From an uncultured Actinomycetes bacterium (lineage in GTDB: Bacteria > Actinomycetota > Thermoleophilia > UBA2241): DNA of 64,000 nt. This document shows, piece after piece, positions 9,102 to 16,809 of the stretch. Each line of letters opens with the position of its first letter. The stretch's first letter is position 1. Location of the stretch: contig CAVTCH010000019.1 in assembly GCA_963733255.1 (NCBI GenBank), positions 452,328 through 516,327 of the forward strand. Reading direction: 5' to 3'. Under the pieces are notes generated by a model. The model was not told where the DNA came from and did no database searches. It was given only the letters and a program-made list of their open reading frames with translations. Both the position numbers and the translations under genes were made by a program.

Positions 9102-9353
9102 ATGGACGACGCAAAGGCAGCCATCGTGGCCAGCCGTCTCGACGAGGGAAGCGCCCGTGAGGCGCTGCAGCGGCTGATCGCGGCGCTGCTCGAAGTAGAA
9201 GACCGCTACCGCTTCTTGCTCAGCCAGGACATCCTGCGGACCTCACACCAGGACGACGGCGCGCTCGAGGAGCGCCTGGGGCGGCCGATACGACGACTCT
9301 TCGAGCGCGGCAGAGCTGCCGGCGAGTTCTCGCGCTCGCTCAGAGCCGACTGA
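9102..9353 (+). pseudogene. Possible remnant of a TetR-family regulator (C-terminal ligand-domain-like fragment only, no HTH)
   Basis: 83-aa ORF starts immediately after a terminator hairpin. Resembles TetR C-terminal helices but lacks an N-terminal DNA-binding domain. Confidence 0.25.
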
Positions 9354-9427
9354 ATGATGGCCGCCCTGGGCGCCGTGCTCGTGGCCGTTGCCGTCGAGAT
9401 CGCGCCCTGAGCGGGTGCCCTGGAAAG

Positions 9428-9465
9428 GCTGAGATTCGCGGCGCGACCGCGCCGCGAATCTCAGC
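9428..9465. terminator. Palindrome GCTGAGATTCGCGGCGCG..CGCGCCGCGAATCTCAGC at the 3' end of fmdB copy 1
   Basis: Seen directly. Overlaps the stop of the minus-strand gene. Confidence 0.5.
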
Positions 9466-9466
9466 C

Positions 9467-9667
9467 TCAGCCGAACGGACTGCCCGTCGGCGCGCCGCAC
9501 CCGGAGCTCGACCCGGAGCTGCCACTCAGAAAGCTCGAGAACTTCTGGTGTACGTTGCGCGAGCCGCACTTGGGGCATTCCTCCTGCTCGGCCCTGATGA
9601 AGCCGATCGAGAACACCTCGAAGGCGTGATCGCAATCCGCACACACGAAATCGTAAAGTGCCACCAT
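9467..9667 (-). CDS. FmdB-family zinc-ribbon protein (CxxC...CPKCGS), copy 1
   Basis: MVALYDFVCADCDHAFEV...CPKCGSRNVHQKFS... followed by a Gly/Ser-rich tail. Confidence 0.8.
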   Translation of the reverse strand: MVALYDFVCADCDHAFEVFSIGFIRAEQEECPKCGSRNVHQKFSSFLSGSSGSSSGCGAPTGSPFG

Positions 9668-9791
9668 GCCTCGCTTTCTTTCAGTCACTGTGTTGACACC
9701 GGCGCACGGCACGAGCAGACGGTGACGAGCGTGAGCTCGACCCGCCGCGAACCGGCGCTGAGCGGCGCGACCGCGCCGCGGGCGATCAGCC

Positions 9792-9986
9792 TCAGCCGTA
9801 GCTCGTGCGCTGGGCGCCGCACTGGGGGTTCGTCAGTGAGCCGTTGCGCAGGAAGCTCGCCAGCGTCTGGCGCACGTTGCGCGAGCCGCACTTGGGGCAG
9901 CGCTTCTGCTTCTCTTTGATCGCGCTTCGGGTGACGACCCCGAAGGCGTGCTTGCAGTCGGTGCACACGAGATCGAAGTCGGCCAT
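9792..9986 (-). CDS. FmdB-family zinc-ribbon protein, copy 2 (paralog)
   Basis: MADFDLVCTDCKHAFGV...CPKCGSRNVRQTLASF... Start overlaps the stop of the upstream ferredoxin-like gene. Confidence 0.8.
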   Translation of the reverse strand: MADFDLVCTDCKHAFGVVTRSAIKEKQKRCPKCGSRNVRQTLASFLRNGSLTNPQCGAQRTSYG

Positions 9987-10183
9987 CAGCGCACCGACAC
10001 CTCGTCGGCGACCAGCGAGAACACGTGGCAAAGCTGGGTGCAGGCGCCGCACTCGGTGCAGAGCTCGTGATCGATGCGCGGCGCGCTGAAGATGTCGTCC
10101 TGGATGATGGCGCCCTCGGGGCACCTGCTCGCCGCCGGACAGGGGTGGTTCTGGGGGCACGCGCTGACATTGACTGAGATCAT
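9986..10183 (-). CDS. Small 4Fe-4S ferredoxin-like protein
   Basis: CTECGACTQLC (CxxCxxCxxxC) plus a second degenerate Cys cluster. GGGAGA RBS. Confidence 0.5.
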   Translation of the reverse strand: MISVNVSACPQNHPCPAASRCPEGAIIQDDIFSAPRIDHELCTECGACTQLCHVFSLVADEVSVR

Positions 10184-10208
10184 CGAGCTTCTCCCGTGGT
10201 GGTCGGCG

Positions 10209-10550
10209 TTAACTGGATGTTGCCAGGCTCTCCGGTTCGAGCGCGCGAGCGCGCAGCGCGAGTTCGTGGCCGAGGATCTCGTCGATCAGCCGGCAGGCCT
10301 CGGCGAGCCGCGGGTCGACGACCTCCCACAGCACCTGGCCGTCCTGCCGTGTGCGCTTCACCAGGCCTTCGCGCTGCAACACCGCGAGGTGTTGGGAGAC
10401 GTTGGGACGGCTCACGTCGAGCAGTTCGGCGAGCTCGCTCGGCGTGCGTGCCCCACCGCAGAGGCGGTGCATGAGCTCGTGTCGCGTAGGGTTGGCGAGG
10501 GCCGCGAAGACGGCGGCGTGAATGGCGTAGCGCTGTCGATCGTCGTTCAT
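10209..10550 (-). CDS. ArsR/SmtB-family transcriptional regulator
   Basis: NPTRHELMHRL...ELAELLDVSRPNVSQHLAVLQREGLV is a classic ArsR wHTH. Confidence 0.85.
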   Translation of the reverse strand: MNDDRQRYAIHAAVFAALANPTRHELMHRLCGGARTPSELAELLDVSRPNVSQHLAVLQREGLVKRTRQDGQVLWEVVDPRLAEACRLIDEILGHELALRARALEPESLATSS

Positions 10551-10568
10551 GACCCCATTATCACCAAG

Positions 10569-10584
10569 TTTCGCAATTTCGCAA
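10569..10584. promoter_or_regulatory. Tandem TTTCGCAA TTTCGCAA motif in the divergent arsR/osmC intergenic region (candidate operator)
   Basis: Seen directly in the 158-bp AT-richer intergenic region. Confidence 0.3.
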
Positions 10585-10708
10585 CATGGAAATCTGCTTG
10601 TCGGTGTCGTAGACTCTTGGAGAGGCTCTCTGAGAGGCTCCGCGAGACCTGCGTTCGATGTACGCAAGAGAGACGGTTGCACTCTCTCGAAAGAAAGGAT
10701 CCCGACTC

Positions 10709-11101
10709 ATGGACATGCAGATCTACTTTCCGGGCGGCAAGCGCGTCTATGCCGACTTCGCCGGCTTCACCGTCGAGACCGACCAGCCGGCAGGCAGCGG
10801 CGGCGACGGCTCGGCGCCGGCGCCCTTCGACCTGTTCCTGGCCTCGATCGGCACCTGCGCCGGCATCTACGCGCTCGGCTTCATGCAGCAGCGTGGCATC
10901 GACCCGCAGGGTTCCGGTCTCACCATGCGGTCGCACTCCGACCCCGATGTCGGGCTCATCACCAGGATCGAGCTCGAGCTCAAGCTGCCGGCCGGCTTTC
11001 CAGAGAAGTACCGCGACGCCATCGTGAGCGCCATGAACCTGTGTACGGTGAAGAAGCACCTGGCAAAGGCCCCGGCCTTCGAGCTCACCGCGGTGGTCTG
11101 A
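10709..11101 (+). CDS. OsmC/Ohr-family protein
   Basis: MDMQIYFPGGKRVYADFAGFTVETDQP...IGTCAGIY... matches the OsmC fold family. AAAGAAAGGA RBS. Confidence 0.85.
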   Translation: MDMQIYFPGGKRVYADFAGFTVETDQPAGSGGDGSAPAPFDLFLASIGTCAGIYALGFMQQRGIDPQGSGLTMRSHSDPDVGLITRIELELKLPAGFPEKYRDAIVSAMNLCTVKKHLAKAPAFELTAVV

Positions 11102-11682
11102 TGGCCGACGCCTTCGACCCCTGCCACGCCGGTCGCCTCGAAGACCCGGCGCGTCTCGAGTCACTGCCGCCGGAGCACGTCGTGAGACTCCTGCGACTGC
11201 GCGGCGACGAGACCGTCGTCGACTACGGCGCCGGGACCGGCATCTACACCGTGGCGGTGGCGGCCGCCCTGCCGCGCGGACGGGTGATCGCCGTCGAGGC
11301 CCTGCCACAGCTGGCAGAGCTGCTGCGAGCGAAGGTCACCCCGGAGCTCGGCGAGCGGCTCGAGATCGTCGAGACCGACGCCAACGAGGTCGCCGCGCCC
11401 GACGGCCAGGCCGACCGCGTGCTCATGGTCGACGTTCTGCACCACCTGTACGACCAGCCCGCGGCGCTGTCTGAGGTGACGCGCCTGCTGCGCCCCGGCG
11501 GCCGCTTCGTCGTCGTGGACTGGGGCGATCTCGAGCGCCCGGTGGGCCCCCCATGCGGCCACGTTCTCGGTCTTGCCGCGGTGCGCGATCTGATCGCACG
11601 CATGGGCCTCGACGAGATCGAAGCCCACGAACCGCAAACGGAACTGCCGTATCATCTCGTCGTGGTCGCCGCCAAGCCGTAA
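11101..11682 (+). CDS. Class I SAM-dependent methyltransferase (small, ~193 aa)
   Basis: VVDYGAGTGIYT (motif I), RVLMVDVLHH and PGGRFVVVDW. Start overlaps the osmC stop (TGATG). Confidence 0.8.
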   Translation: MADAFDPCHAGRLEDPARLESLPPEHVVRLLRLRGDETVVDYGAGTGIYTVAVAAALPRGRVIAVEALPQLAELLRAKVTPELGERLEIVETDANEVAAPDGQADRVLMVDVLHHLYDQPAALSEVTRLLRPGGRFVVVDWGDLERPVGPPCGHVLGLAAVRDLIARMGLDEIEAHEPQTELPYHLVVVAAKP

Positions 11683-11813
11683 GCCGGCGCGGCGGCGCGG
11701 ACCGAGACGATCAGGCCACGCGGTGCCGCCACGTCGCGCCCGTCGGCCACGCTGACGACGCCGGCGACCGACTTCGTCGTCGCGGCTCAGGCCTGCGGCA
11801 CCACGTGGCGCGC

Positions 11814-12194
11814 CTAGTGTTGGCAGGCGCCGTCCATACCGACCACCGGCAGGCCGCCCTTCACGAAGGCGTCGACCGACGTCTGCACGTCGCTGCCGAG
11901 ACCTGCAAGCACCGCGATGCCGACCTGGTTGAAGCCCATCAGCGGGCGCCCGCCGATGCCGTCGACGACGATGGCGTCGACTTGATGTTCGGCCAACACC
12001 ATCACAGGGGCCATGCAGCCGCCTTCGACATGCGGCGCGTTCTGCAGCACTTCGACCTCACCGATCTTGCCGTCGAGCACGTCGACCATGGTGAAGCACT
12101 CGGCGCGGCCGAAGTGGCCGGAGCGGCGGGCGGTGAGGCCGCCGGGCGCCTCGGAAGGAACGGCGATGCGGATCGTCTTGCTGTCTTCAGTCAT
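11814..12194 (-). CDS. NifX/NifB-like dinitrogenase FeMo-cofactor-binding family protein
   Basis: IAVPSE...GHFGRAECFTMVDV...NAPHVEGGCMAPVMVLAEHQVDAIVVDGIGGRP...GIAVLAG is the Nitro_FeMo-Co fold pattern. AGGAGA RBS. Confidence 0.75.
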   Translation of the reverse strand: MTEDSKTIRIAVPSEAPGGLTARRSGHFGRAECFTMVDVLDGKIGEVEVLQNAPHVEGGCMAPVMVLAEHQVDAIVVDGIGGRPLMGFNQVGIAVLAGLGSDVQTSVDAFVKGGLPVVGMDGACQH

Positions 12195-12240
12195 GAGCCT
12201 CGTTCTCCTATCGATTGAGGAACACGTACGATCGGTGTGA

Positions 12241-12768
12241 TCAGTCGGTGCGACCCCCGGAGCCGCCGCGACGAGCGCGGCAGCCGGGCGGGCTGCCTTG
12301 GCCGGACGGGCTGCCCTGCGCGCAGCGTCCGCGACCGCCGCCGCGCCCGCAGCGAGGGCCGCCGCGCCAGCAGACACCGACGTCGGCAGACCCACACTTC
12401 GGGCACGACGACGCGCGGCTGCTCTCTTCGTCGGCGGTCCACAGCTCCTGGCACGAAAAGCAGCGCCACTGCCGCGGCTCGACGCGATACTGCCCGCCGC
12501 CGATCACGATGGCCTTGCCGCCGACCAGGGCCTCGGCGACCTTGGCCCGGCCGCGCTCGAGCACCCGGCCCACCGTCTGCCGCGAGACGCCCATGGCCGC
12601 GGCCGCCTCCTCGTGACTAAGCCCGTCGAGGTCGACCAGGCGGATGGCTTCGAGCTCGTCGACGGCGAGCGGGAGCTGGTCGAGCTCTCGAGCCGGCACG
12701 CCGGCCGGCTTGAACAGTGTGACTCGCGGGACACCGCCAACGGCGCGCTCAATCGGAGGTCGCGCCAC
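12241..12768 (-). CDS. DUF134 (UPF0251) predicted DNA-binding protein with Cys-rich C-terminal extension
   Basis: TLFKPAGVPARELDQLPLAVDELEAIRLVDLDGLSHEEAAAAMGVSRQTVGRVLERGRAKVAEALVGGKAIVI matches the DUF134 sigma-70-region-4-like core. GTG start. Confidence 0.75.
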   Translation of the reverse strand: MARPPIERAVGGVPRVTLFKPAGVPARELDQLPLAVDELEAIRLVDLDGLSHEEAAAAMGVSRQTVGRVLERGRAKVAEALVGGKAIVIGGGQYRVEPRQWRCFSCQELWTADEESSRASSCPKCGSADVGVCWRGGPRCGRGGGRGRCAQGSPSGQGSPPGCRARRGGSGGRTD

Positions 12769-12875
12769 GGCCCGCTCCAGGAGTTAGTAGCATATGCCCA
12801 TTATAACGACCGGTCCGTCGGCCTTCAAGCGGGCGTTCTCAGGCCGGTCCGTCGCGCCCCTCAAGCCGGCCGGGG

Positions 12876-13397
12876 CTACCGGCCGTACGCCGCCCGGTAG
12901 CGATCGCAGAGCTCGACGTAGGTCTGTTTGAAGACCCGCCAGGCCGCCTTGAACTCGTCGTCGACGGGGCGGTCGAGGAGGCGCGCCGGCACACCCGCGG
13001 CGATGGCCGCCGGCGGCACGACGGCGCGCTGCGGCACGACCGCCCCTTCGGCTACGACCGCCCACTCGCCGACGTCGGCCCAGTCGCTTACGACTGCTCC
13101 CATGCCGATGACCGCGTAGTCGGCCAGGGACGCGTTGTGCACGACGCAGCCGTGACCGAGCGTCACCCACGAACCGATCGTGCAGATCTCGCCGGGGCGA
13201 GCGTGCACCACGCAGTTGTCTTCGATCGCAGAGCAGTCACCCACCACGATCCGTCCATAGTCGCCGCGCAGGCGCGCGCCCGGACCGATCCAGCAGCGAT
13301 CGCCAACGGTCACGTCACCCAGCACATCCGCCGAGGGATGCACCCAGGTCCCTTCGCCCAAGCGGGGGCTCCTGCCCTCAAAGGGAGCCAGGCTCAC
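12876..13397 (-). CDS. Gamma-carbonic-anhydrase-like / hexapeptide-repeat (PaaY/YrdA family) protein
   Basis: Left-handed beta-helix hexapeptide repeats (VGDRCWIGPGARLRGD..., IEDNCVVH..., IGSWVTLGHGCVVH). GTG start overlaps the upstream stop. Confidence 0.85.
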   Translation of the reverse strand: MSLAPFEGRSPRLGEGTWVHPSADVLGDVTVGDRCWIGPGARLRGDYGRIVVGDCSAIEDNCVVHARPGEICTIGSWVTLGHGCVVHNASLADYAVIGMGAVVSDWADVGEWAVVAEGAVVPQRAVVPPAAIAAGVPARLLDRPVDDEFKAAWRVFKQTYVELCDRYRAAYGR

Positions 13398-14143
13398 GAC
13401 CGGCTCACGCCCGACTTCAGGCTCGGGTCAAAGAAGTCGCAGCGCTCTCGGGCGCACTGCGCGTTGCGCGCCGGGTAGCCGCAGCGCACGCCATCATCCG
13501 CCGGCAAGTCGATCGCGAGATGGTCGTGCAGGTAATCGACGGCCGCCCGCACTGCGACTCGCGACGCCCGCTTACAGCAGCGCGGCTCCCCGTCGACCAT
13601 GCGGGCCAGCGCGTGGGCGGTCGCGCCCAGGGCGAGCGAGCGCTGTTCTCCCTTCAGTGGGCTCGCACCCGTGAGAGCGCTGACCGCGACCCCGACGCCG
13701 ACGGCGGCGCCACAGGCGCCGTAGTAGCCACACCACCCGCCCGGCACCTTGGCGGCCCGTTTCAGGGCCCCCTCAAGGCATCCGTCGGGGATCGCGACAC
13801 CGGCGTTGCGGACCGCGGCGATGATCACGCCCGGGACTATGGCGTGGTGCTCGGGACCGTGCATGGGCAACCCCGGATGGGCCATCACCTGTTCGAGGAT
13901 CGCCGCCGGGTCGGCGAGCGTCGTGGTGGTCAGCACGTGCCGTACGGCCTCCATCGCCGTCCTGCCGTGACAGGCGTCGCACACGAAATGTCCCGCGGGG
14001 CAGTAGATGAGCGTCGCCTGCTCCGCGCCGCACAGGTCGCAGACGCGCTCGACAGGATCGGTGGCATAGACCAGGGCCTTGCCGCACACGCCGCAGTCCG
14101 TCATCGATGCCATGTGCTCGGACGTCATCGTGTCGTCGATCAC
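13394..14143 (-). CDS. Cys-rich metal-binding protein of unknown function (possibly DUF5714-like)
   Basis: N-terminal CxxC pairs (DCGVCGK, CDLCGAE, CDACHG), central GPEHHAIVPGVIIAAV and GGWCGYYGACGAA, C-terminal Cys cluster. Family call is tentative. Confidence 0.4.
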   Translation of the reverse strand: MIDDTMTSEHMASMTDCGVCGKALVYATDPVERVCDLCGAEQATLIYCPAGHFVCDACHGRTAMEAVRHVLTTTTLADPAAILEQVMAHPGLPMHGPEHHAIVPGVIIAAVRNAGVAIPDGCLEGALKRAAKVPGGWCGYYGACGAAVGVGVAVSALTGASPLKGEQRSLALGATAHALARMVDGEPRCCKRASRVAVRAAVDYLHDHLAIDLPADDGVRCGYPARNAQCARERCDFFDPSLKSGVSRS

Positions 14144-14209
14144 GAGCTGCGCTGCTGTGCCCGTCCCGCCACAGACGGCGCCGCTCTGACTTCGGGGACG
14201 ATCATGACT

Positions 14210-14620
14210 CTAGAGCACCTGCACGACGTCGGCATCCTCGCAACGCGAGATGTACTCGGCGATGCCGACGATGTCGTCGACCAGGTCGACGAAGTCGTCG
14301 AGCGCGCCGGCGCCCCAGATCTTGCCGGCCGTGCCGCAGCAATGGATGCGGACCTTGCCGTCGACCTTGAGCTTGCGCAAGCTGTCGAGGGGCGCCGGCA
14401 CCGCGTTGCCGGCCATGCCGGCGGCCATCTCCTGGGCCAGCTCGGGGCGGTCGCTGTAAGTGCCGTTGCCGGCCACGTCCTTGCGAAAGGCGTAAGCGCC
14501 GCCGAGCAGCAGGTAGATGTCGACGTCCATGTCGAGAGCCACGGCGCCGCCCGTGACCGTGCTGGTGACGACGAGCTTCTCGAGACTGCCGCTCGCCAGA
14601 CCGATGACCATAGAGCTCAT
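14210..14620 (-). CDS. DsrE/DsrF-like family protein (small, 136 aa)
   Basis: DsrE-fold pattern (IGLASGSLEKLVVTSTV..., VRIHCCGTAGKIWGAG). Purine-rich RBS. Confidence 0.5.
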   Translation of the reverse strand: MSSMVIGLASGSLEKLVVTSTVTGGAVALDMDVDIYLLLGGAYAFRKDVAGNGTYSDRPELAQEMAAGMAGNAVPAPLDSLRKLKVDGKVRIHCCGTAGKIWGAGALDDFVDLVDDIVGIAEYISRCEDADVVQVL

Positions 14621-14681
14621 GGTGTCCCCCTCTGCCTCAGGTGGATGGGTCGCCGCCCGCACTCGCGGTCGTTGAACGCCG

Positions 14682-15212
14682 CTAGATGAACAGATTCACG
14701 TTGGCTTCGTCGGCCTCGCCGAGGTAGGTCGCCACTCCGGCGAACTCGAGCCCGTCGATGAGCTCCTCCTCCTTGAACCCGAGGATGTCCATCGAGAGCG
14801 TGCAGGCGATGAACTTCACGCCCTGCTCCCTGGCGGTGTCGACCAGCTCCTCGAGCGACATGGCGTTGGCCTTCTTCATGACCTGCTTCATGAGCGGCGC
14901 GCCGGCGCCGGCGAAGTTCATCTTGGACAGCCCGAGGTGACGCGTGCCCTTGGGCATCATCTTGCCGAACATGGCCTGCAGGGCGCTCTTTTTGTCGGTC
15001 GTCTGCACCTTCTCGGGCTTACGCAGGATGTTCAGACCCCAGAACGTGAAGAACATGGTGACGTCGTCGCCCATCGCCGCGGCGCCGTTGGCGATGATGA
15101 AGGCGGCCATGACGCGGTCGAAGTCGCCGCTGAACAGGATGATCGTCTTCTTGGTGGTCGTCGCGGGAGCGCTCTCCTCGCTCTCCACGATGGCTTGAGT
15201 CTGTTCGTCCAT
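14682..15212 (-). CDS. DsrE/DsrF-like family protein (COG2044-type, 176 aa)
   Basis: KKTIILFSGDFDRVMAAFIIANGAAAMGDDVTMFFTFWGL...KFIACTLSMDILG... typical of DsrE-family sulfur-relay proteins with a conserved Cys. AAGGGGGA RBS. Confidence 0.6.
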   Translation of the reverse strand: MDEQTQAIVESEESAPATTTKKTIILFSGDFDRVMAAFIIANGAAAMGDDVTMFFTFWGLNILRKPEKVQTTDKKSALQAMFGKMMPKGTRHLGLSKMNFAGAGAPLMKQVMKKANAMSLEELVDTAREQGVKFIACTLSMDILGFKEEELIDGLEFAGVATYLGEADEANVNLFI

Positions 15213-15223
15213 GTCGTCCCCCT

Positions 15224-16201
15224 TCAGGCTACGTAGGCTTCGCGGAGATACTGCGAGATGTCGGTGAAGCGCATCGTGTCGCCGGCCGCGGTGCTCAGGT
15301 TCACGAAGCACATCGGGCACATGGTGACGCAGTCGGGGGCCACGTCGCGTAGCTGGGCCACGCGCTTGGCGGCGTTGGCCGCCGCCTTGGCCGGGTAGAG
15401 CGATTCGATCGGGCCGCCGCAGCACCAGGTCTGACGGCCCGCGTTCTCGGGGTCGCGTACGGTGAGGCCCGCGGCCGCGAGCAGCTCACGCGGTTCGTCC
15501 ACCATGCTCTCGTACCGGGCGAAGACGCACGAGTCGTGCATCACCACCTCACCGGAGCGCCCGGCCGCACCGTTCCCGCTCGCGACGAGCCCCTTCTCGG
15601 CCAGGACTTCGAGGTAGCTGCGGACCTCTACGTCGTAGCCCTGGAGGATCTTCGGATAGACACTGCGCAGCATGGTCGTGGTGTGCGGGTCGATCGTGAT
15701 GACCTGCTTCACGCCGTGCTTTCTGAAGACGGCCTGTACGCGGCGGGCATGGGCGGCCACGACCTCGTCGGCGCCCAGGTCGTAGGCCAGAGCGCCCGAG
15801 TAAAGGTCGTCCTCGTAGAGCGCGCCGAAGGCGACTCCGGCCTTGCGCAGCAGATGGACGACGTTGATCGGGACCTGGTCGTACTGGGCGCGCTCCTGCG
15901 CCGAGGGCCGCGCCATGAAGGCCGAGATGTTCACCAGGCGATTGACCCGGCGCCCGACGCCGGTCAGGCCGGCCAGCCACGAGTCGCCCAGCCGCTGCTC
16001 GGCCTTCACGAGCCCCTCGATGTAGGGGATGAGCTGGTACATCATGCCGGTGTAGAGGACGGTCTCGCCGCCGCGCGGCAACCCAAGGCCCTCGGTCCAC
16101 TTGGTCGAGACTCTGGCGGACAGCGGCAGCACCGACTTACGCAGGCGCAGGTTGTCGGCCAAAATACCGATGACGTCGCCGGTCGGTAGGGGCATGGTCA
16201 T
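15224..16201 (-). CDS. hdrB: Heterodisulfide reductase subunit B-like (HdrB; single C-terminal CCG domain)
   Basis: C-terminal DSC..x33..WCCGGP..x34..CVTMCPMC is a CCG cysteine-rich domain. The N-terminal half has no Cys. AGGAGGA RBS. Confidence 0.8.
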   Translation of the reverse strand: MTMPLPTGDVIGILADNLRLRKSVLPLSARVSTKWTEGLGLPRGGETVLYTGMMYQLIPYIEGLVKAEQRLGDSWLAGLTGVGRRVNRLVNISAFMARPSAQERAQYDQVPINVVHLLRKAGVAFGALYEDDLYSGALAYDLGADEVVAAHARRVQAVFRKHGVKQVITIDPHTTTMLRSVYPKILQGYDVEVRSYLEVLAEKGLVASGNGAAGRSGEVVMHDSCVFARYESMVDEPRELLAAAGLTVRDPENAGRQTWCCGGPIESLYPAKAAANAAKRVAQLRDVAPDCVTMCPMCFVNLSTAAGDTMRFTDISQYLREAYVA

Positions 16202-16207
16202 CTCCTC

Positions 16208-16513
16208 CTAGAGTCCGAAGACGGTACGGTCGATGTGGTGGCGCAGCGTGCGCACGTTTTCGGCGATGTGCACGCCCGACGGACAGTTCTCCTCGCACAT
16301 CTTGCACAGCAGGCACGAGAAGACCGTCTCGGTCTCGGCGCGCACGCGGTCCTCCATGCCCAGGAGCACGTAGCGAAACAGCTTGCGGGGCTGCACCTCG
16401 ACCCCCATCGGGCAGATCGCCGAGCACACGCCGCAGTTCATGCAGGCGTCGGCGTTGAATCCGTCCGCGCGGTCGAGCTCGGCCGCCAGTGCGGGGTTCA
16501 CGAGAACCGTCAT
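16208..16513 (-). CDS. hdrC: Heterodisulfide reductase subunit C-like (HdrC; 2x[4Fe-4S])
   Basis: CMNCGVCSAICPMG and CLLCKMCEENCPSG ferredoxin motifs. ATG overlaps the upstream stop (ATGA). Confidence 0.8.
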   Translation of the reverse strand: MTVLVNPALAAELDRADGFNADACMNCGVCSAICPMGVEVQPRKLFRYVLLGMEDRVRAETETVFSCLLCKMCEENCPSGVHIAENVRTLRHHIDRTVFGL

Positions 16514-16809
16514 GAGCCCTCCCTGGCGATGATCTGATACCGGAAGTAGCCCTCGTCGGTGACTTCCTTGATCTCGGCCAGCCAGCCGTACTTGCGCAGG
16601 CCCATGACCCAGAACATCACCTCGTGGGACGGACGTTCGACGGCCGCCGCGATCTCAGGCACCGTGAGGGGCCCCTCAGCGAGCGCCGCCAGGATGCGGC
16701 GCCGCATCACCTGTTCGTCGCGCACGATCTCGCGCACGTCGCGGTTGCCGGGGGACGCCTCTCTGACGGTCGTGCCGCCGGCGCCGTGGTTGTCGTGTGC
16801 CGGCGTCAT
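16510..16809 (-). CDS. Small conserved hypothetical protein between hdrA and hdrC (winged-helix-like, ~99 aa)
   Basis: C-terminal 99 aa of the long listed ORF (MTPAHDNHG...RRRILAALAEGPLTVPEIAAAVERPSHEVMFWVMGLRKYGWLAEIKEV...). Translationally coupled on both sides (ATGA overlaps). Confidence 0.5.
   Translation of the reverse strand: MTPAHDNHGAGGTTVREASPGNRDVREIVRDEQVMRRRILAALAEGPLTVPEIAAAVERPSHEVMFWVMGLRKYGWLAEIKEVTDEGYFRYQIIAREGS

Noticed and set aside
7376-9124. 582-aa minus-strand ORF antisense to the family-5 SBP gene
   Set aside because: No domain content and a GC-skewed low-complexity composition. The sense strand encodes a clear lipoprotein SBP with RBS.
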